Source of the DNA: Amoebophrya sp. A120
Taxonomy: Eukaryota; Protista; Dinoflagellata
Length of the DNA: 64,000 nt
Assembly (NCBI GenBank): GCA_905178155.1
Contig: CAJINV010000011.1
Coordinates: 2,460,746-2,524,745, forward strand
Reading direction: 5' to 3'
Both the position numbers and the translations under genes were made by a program. Shown in pieces: positions 37,093 to 48,200 of this stretch. How positions within the stretch are numbered: the first letter of the stretch is position 1; the number at the start of each line of letters is the position of its first letter. The notes under the pieces were generated by a model that saw only the letters and a list, made by a program, of their open reading frames with translations, was not told the origin of the DNA and did no database searches.

Positions 37093-37549
37093 TTATGAGC
37101 GCTCCAGAAATTATTTGATTTATTGGAATCGGACCGCTTGCGAATGTGTTTTGCCTGCTGAACCTTGTCCCAACAACTAGAAGTAGTCGAGAATACAGAA
37201 TCAGGAGCACAAGAAACGTCAACTTGTTTTGCGGGCAACGGCAAAGTTTGCTGCAGGGCAGACCAGCATTCGCCGTCGAAGGTGTTGTAGAAAGGGGGCA
37301 ACGGATGACTATTTGAGTCTTTAGCTTCTTCATTTGAAGTTGAGCAACTGTCCGAATCAGGACCGCTCTCCTTGGGTTCAGGAGCACGGCTCGCGCTCAG
37401 TTGTTTTCGGGCGAGTGCGAGTGAGGTCGCGTCTACTGTTTTCTACATATTCGTGGATCCGTCTCCTTTTGCTTTCTTGTCGTGCGCAGGCAAAATCCAA
37501 TCTTGTTGACTTCTTAATCCAGCGTTGGCACTTACGCCTGCAAATAACA

Positions 37550-40339
37550 ATGATAACGGAAGATGATTCTTCCCCTGCCGACCTGCTTGAACTCGCACAG
37601 AACGCGGCGGCGCTGTTTGCGCGGTGTGGGCGCGATTCCCTGTGCGCGGCCACGCGCGTTGTGGTCGAGCGATTGCAGTTGGTCGCGTCAACATCCATCG
37701 GGACGGTGACTGACTCTTTGCAGAAAAACCGAATATTAACCACGGCCTCTTCTCCATTCAAGATTGACCTGATTCACGCGGAAGGCATTGCGGACGTGCT
37801 TCGATTTCTGCACTTGCTGGGAAATGTTGCGCTTCAGATCCTCCTCGCCGATCAGGACAAGAAGACGCGAATTAACGAGCCGCAAACAGTGCCACAACGA
37901 CTAGATCACTCTGCCCTCCCAGATCTCGCCACGCAGGAATTTTTTCGCGGCGAGCAAAAGCTGCGAGCTGTTGCGGATTTCTTGGAGCTGCAGCATCGTA
38001 GAACATCAAGTTCGGAAATAAGCGGAACAAGTGCAATAGCACAACCACCTGCAAAAACAACCGAAAACCTCCTTGCGGAAGATGCCGCGTTTCTGCAATC
38101 TTTTTTCGCATCCGGCGACGTATTGTGCTTCGTTCAGGCGTCTGGCTTATTTAGCCGGGGGAAGAAAATTGCGAAAGTTTCCGAGATCCAAAGAGCGTTG
38201 CAGAACCGCTACCCAAACTCTGTAGACGACCTCAACAACGCTGTGCCGTTCAACGCAGCAGCAGGGGTGCTCGACCTGTTGCAACTGTTTTGTGCGCGTA
38301 GTGGTGCGGAAGCATTTGGTATTCTTCTGTGTTGAAATTCAAATCTTCCATGATCTTGATCATCTTCTTTTGCAATAAGAAAGCAAAAGGGCCTCATACT
38401 GCTGGGTCACGTGTAAAATATGTCTATGCGATCGATGATCCTTGGAAATACCCACCGATCCGAAACTCCATCTTTCCTTTCGCACGTGATGAGAAAACAT
38501 GCGGCAATTTTTAAGCCTGGACTGAAGTGCTCGCGCTCAGTGTGGTTTAAACATGTAGGGTAAAAGCTGATGGTGCGGAAATAGAAACAGAAAGTAGGAG
38601 TACAGTGATCAGCACTCGACGTGAAATGAAAAATCTGATTCGTTGCCCACTTCAAATTCAAAATTTTTAGTGATCAAGCTTGATAGTAGAATTTGTTCTT
38701 ACCGAGTGTAAAATCTGATCAATTTCTTGCGGTCCTCTCAGGCGACGATTCGGAGATTGACATCGCTACCTTCGCCCTGATCTTCGACACCGCGCGCCAA
38801 ACCTTGTGGGCGTCTGTGGTTAGGAGAGATGAACAGTCTGATCTGGTGTCCTCCCCCGATAGAAGAATTGTGGAGAGCGAGGAAGATCAAGATTCTCTCA
38901 CCGCGGATTTGCAGCGCTACCAACAGATTTTACGATCTGGCGTTCAAGTGTTTTCTCCACCACCGACATGTGTTTGCTTGTCGCATCGGGCGGGAAAAAT
39001 AACCGGACCGCCTGTGGTCGGTATGGGGAACAACCAGAATATCACCGCTCTGAATGGCGACCACGCTACTAGCAGTCATGGCACCAACAGAAAGAGCTCG
39101 GGCCGCGCACTCTGGTATCTGCTCCGTCGTTTTGGAAGTCTAGTAGGAAGGGTGGCGCCGCGGCATGAAAACTCCACTGTAAATGAACAAGTACACGTAC
39201 AAGGTCAAGGCGGACAAGGGCGAGGACCACCTTCTCAGACTGCAGAGCTAGATCGTACTGATCCCGAAGCAAAGTTCAGCTCCATTTTCGTTTTAGACCG
39301 CAACGCGTGGGGATGCGGCCAGGAAGAACTGCAGCGGTGCTTCCGGGATGCTGTTGTTGTGACTGCGGCGAACAACGTCGGCTCCGCCGCGTGCAGCAGC
39401 ACATCAAAGCAAGCTGCCCACTTCCTACAAATCCGGCCACCGGACCCGCCGCTTGCCTACGATTTGGTGGAAGAGATCAACGGGCGCAGTTCCCAGAGGA
39501 CTGCGCTATTTGCGGGAATAGCAAATGCGGACAAAAATAAATCCAAAAAAAGCATCATCCTTCAAGACACCAACGCGGACCGACTCCGCTATATTCTACA
39601 AACCGCACCACACCTGGCGCCGCATTTCAACTCCAAGAATGTTGTGAACATGATAACGGAGGCGGAGGACAAGGCGGTGCATGCCCACATCAAGCTGTGT
39701 CGAACGTTGCTCGACGCGGAAAACGTTTTGTTTGACAAAAGCCAGCGGTTGGTGGAGCTGTATCAGCCGATTCATGATCATTTTTATCGTGCAGGACGAG
39801 AGAAACAGCGGCCATCAACAACTTCCAGTCAGAGAAGACTCTTCCGTTCCGCGCACCGGCTGCCAAACCTGCTGATCCAGCACAAACTCGACCTACGGAC
39901 ACTGGTTGAAGCGACGGGAGAGAAGCTTGGTGATGCCCGAGCCGCAGATCCGCACGGGGAGAACAAAGACTGGGTAGCTTGGCAGGCTGGACAGTTTTTG
40001 CAAGAGGAAAGTTCTGTTTACCCACTGGAAGGACACGGAGATAATCAAAATGATCCTTCGATGCAGTGTGCAACTGCTGTCGGGACAAGGGCCGCTGCGG
40101 AGACCAGCGGGGGCGGTGGTGGCGCAGCGATTGCAGTGAAAAAACACACGGACGCCTGCGAAATCGAAAAGAACGGTACAGGGTTCGTGTATAAACTGTT
40201 TGATAGAAGTTGTGATGCTGATGTCTCTGTAGATGATGATGATGATCATGATGTAGTAGTTGATCCCGTAGTTTCCACCCGCGCGCCCTACTATCCACAG
40301 ATCCTTGAAGCACTGTGCGAGCTTTCCCTTTGCCTGTGA
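37550..40339 (+). CDS. Hypothetical protein (two exons)
   Basis: Two long ORFs joined in frame by GT-AG intron 38319-38741. Confidence 0.55.
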
Positions 40340-40589
40340 CTTGACCTATCAGTGGTATAGCAACTTCATTTGTGGGGCTTTTACATTCATCTGAGCGCTT
40401 TTCTCCGCTCATTTTGATTCCCTGCAATTGGAACAGAAATTTGATGTTTCTTTCTTTCGCCTTCCGTTTCCGCCCTTGCGCTCCTTCAATCGCAATTTCT
40501 GAATGGGTTCAATTGTACCCAGCCACAGATCCTTGAAGCACTGTGCGAGCTTTCCGTTTGCCTGTGACTTGACCTATCAGTGGTATAGC
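40295..40589 (+). repeat. 67-bp direct repeat (40295-40361 and 40523-40589)
   Basis: CCACAGATCCTTGAAGCAC...GGTATAGC twice with one mismatch; the first copy covers the stop codon of the upstream gene. Confidence 0.9.
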
Positions 40590-40890
40590 GAATTTCACCA
40601 TGCGGAGCTTCCTATTTGAACGGTCTCTGCTCCGTTCAAGCGTCTCTCTGTAGGTGGAACATAATTGTTGACTTATTATTTCTATGCGCCTTCCGCCCCT
40701 TGCTGCTTCCTGCGAGGTCCTGTATTTTCCACATGATTTCCCCAGAACTTCTTGGAGTGGGTGCACTATTATTACCTTTACGCACCTGTCTCGACCTAGC
40801 TCTGGCACAGCAACTGATGTAGTACATTGGTCGGAGGTTTTGCCACGCGCATGCGCTCACTCGCATGCTTGCGTTTTATGACCTCCGAAC

Positions 40891-40959
40891 ATGATGACGT
40901 TGACGATCCTCTTTCTTACGCAGGCTATCATGATCCTCAGCGAAACACTACAGATCTGA
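40891..40959 (+). ncRNA. Candidate box C/D snoRNA, target unknown
   Basis: ATGATGA at 40891, CTGA at 40956-40959, immediately upstream of the snoRNA array. Confidence 0.45.
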
Positions 40960-40995
40960 AATTTTTGCAGAAGTCATCAGTTCATCTCGACGAAA

Positions 40996-41794
40996 AGGAT
41001 GATTGGATCACTTGGGACACCTTCTGAACAGCTTTCGCGAACAAGAAGTTTAGTAATGTGAACAACTACGTGACCGCCCCAGTCTGATATTGTCTAGTTT
41101 TCTTTTGCTTTTGCAGCTTTCCGTTTCTTGCGCCTTTCTTGCATGATTGTCTTTGTCAGGATGATTGGATCACTTGGGACACCTTCTGAACTAAGCTTTC
41201 GCAAGCAAAAGGTTTAGTAATGTGAACAACTACGTGACCGCCCCAGTCTGATTTCATTAGTGTTTCTACTTACGGCTGTGGTTATTTTTGTTGTACTTAC
41301 ATTGTTATGCATATGCAGCTGGTTCTTTGTGTATGTGTTTCATCATGATGATTGGATCACTTGGGACACCTTCTGAACTAAGCTTTCGCAAGCAAGAGGT
41401 TTAGTTATGTGAACAACTACGTGACCGCCCCAGTCTGATTTTCTGGTGTTTCTCCTTACAGCTGTGGTTTCCTCTCTACTACTCGTACTCCCATGCGCTC
41501 CTACCAGCTGGCTCTTTGTGTTTCCTCATGATGATTGGATCACTTGGGACACCTTCTGAACTAAGCTTTCGCAAGCAAGAGGTTTAGTTATGTGAACAAC
41601 TACGTGACCGCCCCAGTCTGATTTCATGTATGTATATGTATTCCAGTTTTTACTCTTTAGCATGCGTGTTTTCTTTCCTTCTGATTCTTTGCGTTTCATT
41701 ATGATGATTGGATCACTTGGGACACCTTCTGAACTAAGCTTTCGCAAGCAAGAGGTTTAGTTATGTGAACAACTATGTGACCGCCCCAGTCTGA
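40996..41794 (+). ncRNA. Tandem array of five box C/D snoRNAs (40996-41087, 41158-41251, 41345-41438, 41528-41621, 41701-41794); SNORD31/snR67-like D guide plus SNORD58-region D' guide
   Basis: Each unit has box C (A(T/G)GATGA), CTTGGGACACCTT followed by CTGA (D'), an internal hairpin, and ACCGCCCCAGT followed by CTGA (D). Guides are antisense to conserved LSU rRNA segments GGUGUCCUAAG and CUGGGGCGG. Confidence 0.85.
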
Positions 41795-42274
41795 TAAACT
41801 TTTTCGAGATCGCAAAGAAGCAGATGAGCAAAATAACAGAGCGTGGTCTTTGCGTTGTTGTACGGTTCTACTTCATTTGAAGTGTCGCCCAGCGATTTTT
41901 CATCGTTTTTGATCTTTCCCAGCTCTGCTCGAGAATCCGCGTCCCGTACGAAAGTCGAAGTCCTCGACTCAGTTCCATTCTCCACCTCGCCACGGCATCT
42001 TGACCGACCGAAAATTATCCATTTCTTGCTCCTCCTTGTCTTCGGCAGAGTCTCATCTCTTCGCGCATAGAACTCTCTTCGCTCATCTGCTTTATTTGTG
42101 GAATCCTTCCTGCTTCTTCCTTCGCAACGAGAACACGTACGACCATACGACCTACCTTCAGCGGGATAAGAAAATCTTTTTCCGGATCAACGGCTGCGCC
42201 TCGCTTCGTTCTTAGTGTGAGATGATTTAGCTTCTTCTGAAAAATAAAGCGGATTTGTTATTTTCTCTCTGTCC

Positions 42275-43732
42275 TTGCCTGAAAATCCTTTCCTGACGCG
42301 ACCTTCAGGTTCGGTGGTTTCTTCTGGTGAGTTTCACCCTCCGGACCGAATACAACCAGAAATAACGGGAGCCACTGCGTCTACAGCATCTGCTCCGTCT
42401 CTCCTCGAACACGACGAACCTTCACCTTCCCGTCCACTCTTCCTCTCCACCATTTCTGACCACGCCACCCGGATGCGCATGGCGTTGCAAGCCCGTTTGG
42501 AGCAGATAGAAACCGAGAAGAGTCTTTCCGAGCTACGAAAAAACCACATCTTCCACCGGGAAAATCTTCTTCAACAACAGGCCGCCTTCTGGAAGCAGGA
42601 GCGGCAGGGGCTGCAGATCGAAACGGAGAAGCAAATTGAACACTTGGAGCACAAAGTGCAGCAGTTGGAACGCGTCCGCGAGGAGGTGCGGATCAAGGTG
42701 AGCGAGATCTTTTCCGTGAAGCAGGAATTGCTTCTCGACTGGGGCGTCTGCGTCCGCGATCATGAGGCGGGTAACGGTGGGTTCGGATTTGGGCACGACG
42801 GAGGTCGTGGTGCAGAAGGAGGACCTGGTGGCGCAGGTCTGGCATCAAGTCTTAATTCAACATCCTCGTCCAGGACGGACTCTTCTTCTGAGAATGACAC
42901 CTGCTCAGATGCTAGTTTTGCGGGGAGTGAGAGTGTCAAGGAGCACGAAGACGGAGCGGACCGAGCATCCGCTGCTGCTGCGCAAGTTCCCGCCGAGAAG
43001 ACTACTGGTTCGTTTTCCCCTTCCTCTAGTACAGCTGGCTTGTTGATGAAAAAGGAACAGAACAAAGTCGGTGAGGAGAACCTTCTGAAGCAACCTTCCC
43101 CTGTTTTGGTCCTGTCCGCATCTTCCCCGACTCTGCTCGAAGAGCTCGGGAAGACGAAGATGAACAACAACAGCAGCTCACCTTCTTCGCATAGGCACAA
43201 AAATTATCCCGACGAGAAGAAACTGCAGTTTGTTGATCACGCGCCGACGAGTAGTTTAGATCATGAAACCAACTACAGCTGCAAGAGGACGATGAACTTT
43301 TCAACGACTTCAACAACTGAGGAAAACGATACGCATACGTCGTCCAAAAATTTCAAACCGATCACTACCGTCGCGACCCTCACCGCCGAAGTAGACACCG
43401 AGCTCGCGATTTTGCGCGCGCGGCGCGCATTTCTATTGCAGCGGCAGGAGGACCGAAGGGAGGAACAGGAGGAAAGGGAACGAAAGCAGAGCCGCCTGGC
43501 GAAATTGAGCGACAAGCAACGGGAGAAATTCTACGAAAGGTACCGGCTGAAGAAGAGTGGTGGTGGTACCGTGGGCGACGACGAAAAGGCTATCGGGGAG
43601 GAGAGACAAGCAGGACCAGTAGCTGGCCCGACTACAACGCGTTCGCTTGATACAACGACCAATACTCTCTTACATGGTGGCGCTTCAGGTGCTGCAAAAG
43701 CACAGAGGAACCGATCTCGCACTAGAAAATGA
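42275..43732 (+). CDS. Hypothetical coiled-coil protein (start uncertain)
   Basis: 485-codon ORF with two Glu/Gln/Arg-rich coiled-coil segments. Confidence 0.55.
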   Translation: MPENPFLTRPSGSVVSSGEFHPPDRIQPEITGATASTASAPSLLEHDEPSPSRPLFLSTISDHATRMRMALQARLEQIETEKSLSELRKNHIFHRENLLQQQAAFWKQERQGLQIETEKQIEHLEHKVQQLERVREEVRIKVSEIFSVKQELLLDWGVCVRDHEAGNGGFGFGHDGGRGAEGGPGGAGLASSLNSTSSSRTDSSSENDTCSDASFAGSESVKEHEDGADRASAAAAQVPAEKTTGSFSPSSSTAGLLMKKEQNKVGEENLLKQPSPVLVLSASSPTLLEELGKTKMNNNSSSPSSHRHKNYPDEKKLQFVDHAPTSSLDHETNYSCKRTMNFSTTSTTEENDTHTSSKNFKPITTVATLTAEVDTELAILRARRAFLLQRQEDRREEQEERERKQSRLAKLSDKQREKFYERYRLKKSGGGTVGDDEKAIGEERQAGPVAGPTTTRSLDTTTNTLLHGGASGAAKAQRNRSRTRK

Positions 43733-45258
43733 GTAAGTATGTAAGAATTGAAGTTAAAAAAATTGTGAATGGCGTTGTGTACGGTAGTACGTGCGCAAAG
43801 CACACGACTGAGAGAAGATAGCGGAGTGGTCCGCTGTTGTGATGAGACGTCAACAAAGAGCAGAGCCTGACTGAACGGATTTCACTACCGCCAGTTTTGC
43901 TTTGATGTTCTGATCGTCAAGGCTGGCTAACATTTTACGTCGGGCCTCCGTTTGTGTTCCGCTCCAACGGTTGTAGACCCGTTCACGTTCTGATCCCGAG
44001 CGAGTTGTAAATCGATTAGGTAGATGAAGTGGAAGTGCAGTATTGCCTTCACCGTGCTTGAGGCGAGCTCCTCCTCTTTTTGTGTCTGACAACCTGACAT
44101 CTGAAAAAAACGCAAATTCAGGTTCCCACTCCATTTAATCATGTCCGCTTCCCATAAACATAATTTTTCCCCACATGCATTTGTATCTCCAAAAAGATCA
44201 ATCGCTCGAGTAAAAACCGCACGGGCTTTTCGAGCTCGAACATGGTCATGAATATTGTACGTAGTTTGTTTTTGCAGCATGCTTACTATGTAGGCCGTGC
44301 GGCAAGTTTTGAAATGCATTTTCAGCTGTATACAGACACAGAGATCTCTTTTCCAGCCCCGAGAAAATTTTGACAATTTTGATCGCATGAAAATATCTGC
44401 CACTATTATCTTGTGCGAACGCCGTATTCCACGAAGCAAATCGAGATGCTCATACTTTCTTAAATCGAGCGTAGTGTAGATGAAGCTCCGTTGTTCTCGT
44501 CCCGCGCAATTACATCGCTGGAGGAGCCTCGCTCTTTGTACAATAAACACGAACACCTTCATCTCCTTGATCGAGACCTAAGAAAGCGTTAAAAAGAGAA
44601 AGTGTATACGGACAAAAAAAAAATGAGCTGGTCCTGGTTGTACTTTGATGAAATGTATGGAAAACGAAAACGTGAACGTCGCTCGTACTTTCGATGAGCT
44701 CGCACTCGCTTTTTCGACAAAGGCAAAACCGGTTCGAAGATCATTTTCTTGATTTGCTCTTCGCTTTTTGCTCGTGCGTGCGACGAGCTTCCGGAATAAC
44801 GGACCATTGCGTTATTTGCAATTTTTCCTTTTCTGCTCAATCAATATCAACCAACTAAAATAGCAACAGAGACAAGCAAATAATTAGATGTGGTAGCTTT
44901 TTTTGAAATCACGAGAACTTGCGTTTCATCAATGTTTCACACGACCTGATGCGGTAAGTGGTCTAGTGCTACAGAACAATGTCTTGCTTAACACGGCGAC
45001 AGCAGCACGGCATAAATGTAAACCGCGCCAGCACATCAACTACCGCACACCAACATACTTTTCTGCGAACACAAGATCGTTCTTGAGCGCAAGAATTTTC
45101 TCCCAGGAAGCGACATCATTTTTTACGCGTTTTGGTTTTTCTTCAAAATACACAACGACTGGTGGATCTTCCTGACAAGAAGTAGAAGGACCACGTGTGC
45201 TGGAAAAAAGCAAGGTTTAAAAATCCTTACAACTACTTCTTCATAGAAGAACATCACC

Positions 45259-48200
45259 ATGACCGCGAACCATCCAGCGACCGGCAAGGAGGGGGTGGGG
45301 AATTTCCCCGCGCTCCTGAACGAGAAGTTCCGCTTGCAGTCCTACGACGGCGGGGCGTACAAGTCGAAGGGGAACTACAATTTGAAGAATGTTTTAACTC
45401 CCACCCTCGAGCCCTTCCACAGCAGCGGGCAAGGCGGGAAACTCACCGCGGTGTTCAAGTCGACGAACGATTGCACGTTTACGCATCTTATGAACTGCAA
45501 ATATGTCTGGGTCTGGAAGAGTGGAACTTGTAATGCCGTCTACGGATTCTAAAGATATCTGTGTTGCATGAGCAGCAAGAAGAGTCCAGCTCTTGGCACG
45601 CGGAGAGGGCATTTCTCATGCGTGATAAGCATCAAGAAGCTCTCAAAAAATCTGTGATGCTAGGACCTGCATCACTGACCTCGTGGGTCATGCAAAATGT
45701 GCATGACAAACCCCGACTCTTCCAGACCCAGATATATTTGCACTCGATAGATCTGTTCTTCTCCACAAACCTGACGAAATGCAACGACGCGCTGAAGTAT
45801 CCTGAGTAAAAACGTACCCACACCATAGTTGTCATGCAAATCTGCATGCTTAAAATGTTTCTCATGCGGAGCCCCATGAGAAGCATTTTCTAATGGTGTT
45901 TTGAAATTTGTCATGCTCCAATTAGCATGAGAGACTAGATCTGTAGTGCTGCTGAACTAGCTCAAACAGCACTACACTACGCGTCCAGATTTGTCATGCG
46001 AAACAGCCAAAGCTTGTGGATTTGTCTAGCCGATTCCCCATCTTGACTATGGGGTGGGTACGTTTTTACATAGGATATGAAGGCCGGCTTGTTCTGGGTT
46101 TTGTCCGACCAGCCGGACGTGAGCAAATACGCCAAGTTTGATAACTGCGATTTAGCGGAGTTGAAGGAGAAGTTCGGTATGCTGCCCCAGGAAAGAATTT
46201 ATGAGAAGGAGGACTTGTTTTTGTCGAAGAAGAAAAACACCGCGACCTCCAAAGCCGCGGCTGTTTCTGCAAAAGCCAGCGGGGCCACAGCTGCAACATC
46301 ATCTTCGAGTAGTGCAATAGCCTCAAGTGGAACATCAACTGTTGTTCCCGGTGCGGTGAGCAAGAGCAGTAGCGTTTCCACCGCACTGCCGGCACTAGGT
46401 GCTGGGGGAGCAGCTGCAGCAGCATCTTCATCCTCGTCGCAACCAGGTTCTGGAACTACAGCAGCAGGCGGCGCAAGTGCTAGCAGTTCAACTACAGGTA
46501 CTACCAGTAACAAACCGCAACTGGTGGTACCGAAAATCGGTTTTTCCGTTGCGCTATCAAGTGTAAAAGTGTCTGGGTCTGGAAGATTGCCAGGTTTGTC
46601 ATGCATATTTTGCATAACCCATGATGCCTGTAATGCATGGCCGAGCATGACAGATTTTTAGATGACCTTCTGAATCTGATGCGTATTCCGCATGAGAAAT
46701 GCCCACTCCGCGTAGCACAAACTGAACTCCTCTTGCTGGTCCTGCAATACAGATTTTTCTACCTTCCAAAGACAGCATCACAAGTTGCAACCTTCCAGAC
46801 CCAGACATTTTTACGTGGGCAGAAGTTCATCGCACCCATTTTGCATGTTGCGCAAGTGATAGTATAAGTAGTAGTACTCAGTACCACCGGTGGACGTCAT
46901 AACATGCTTTTAGTCTCTCTCTACATATTATATCCACGTTGTTCTCTTCTCTTTTCTTTCTTCAAAATGTTAAAGTCGTTCTCTTCCCTGTGCTGTACCA
47001 TGGTCTTGCTTCCAGACAAAACACCAGACATTTTTACATTTGATATGCGCCCTTCGGGTCGTTTTCAGCAGCGTCCTCAGCAGGCGCTGGTGCTGCTGCT
47101 GCGCCCTCCTCCTCCTCGTCCGCGCCGCAAGCAGGAGGTGTAGAAGGTGATGGGGGGAAGAAAAAGAAAGACGCGGATCATAATATAATACTCACCAGAA
47201 GGAAATTGTAGCAGATACTTCGCGAATTTAAGCAGATCCAAAAGTTGCCGCTTTTTATTTTTTTGGCATTGCGAGGACGAAGGTCAAGCCTTGACCGTCA
47301 AGGTAGCAGGTCCAGGTGGCACTCCCCATGACAGCCATCTGGCTGCATGCTGGAGAAGCTTACCGCTGAATCCGCTTGCGCGGGAGTTACGCACTTGCTT
47401 GGGCCGATAGGGATAGAGAGGGCGACTGAGAAGGGCGGTCGGCCCCTGCAGCCAACAAAATTTCTGTGCGCCCGGTATTGCTGCCCCAGTTGCCCTCTGG
47501 CCTGCTTCTAGTATTTTTGTTGGAGCAGGCGCATTTTTTAGACTCAACATGATGGTGCTCAGTCTTCATTTTTGCGCTATGCAGCCTCACCTCGTGCGCC
47601 TGCGTTGCCTTGTCCTTGTTTTACGATGTGGCGTCGCATTTTCAGTCTTTACGGCACATTCGTAGAGGCACACGCGGCCGCTCGGAAGCAAAGCAGCCCG
47701 CCGCGACGTTTTTACTCGCGCGCGCCAAAGGTTTCGGCGCAGGGGTGTTGCGCGTCTCATAGGGTGGCCGGGAATAAAAAAAACAGCTGGCCACCGTGCG
47801 GAGCCACTGCACGAGCCGCGGCGCCACTTCGCGAAAACATTAAAAGCGAACAAAAACAAATGTTCCGCGCGCAGGTCGCGCAAAGCGAACAATTCTCAAA
47901 GCCAAGAAGTTGGGCCCTCCGTGTGGAGGGTTGAGTGAGAATGTCGTGCTTCGTTGGACAGGAAATTTCGGCTTCTTCTTGCGCCGCTAGCGGCCCACAA
48001 AGAAGCCGGCCCCTCCGCCCGGAGGGGGCGGTTTCTTTAGGACCCGGAAGCACCAAAAGCGCCGACTTTCGTTGTTTTCTGGGTAAAAGGTAGTGGTCCG
48101 GCTATCAAACAAACCGCCCCCTCCGCGCGGAGGGGCCTGTTTCTTTCTGGGCCGCCAGCGGCGGAAGAAGAAACCGAAAATAAGAAATCGACCCCTCCGC

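Noticed and set aside
40996-41794. CRISPR array
   Set aside because: Repeats are about 94 nt, carry C/D boxes and rRNA antisense guides, spacers 2 and 3 resemble each other, there are no cas genes, and the context is eukaryotic.
43927-44562. Minus-strand 211-aa ORF and other long antisense ORFs
   Set aside because: No recognisable domain; the others are shadows of GC-rich + strand genes.
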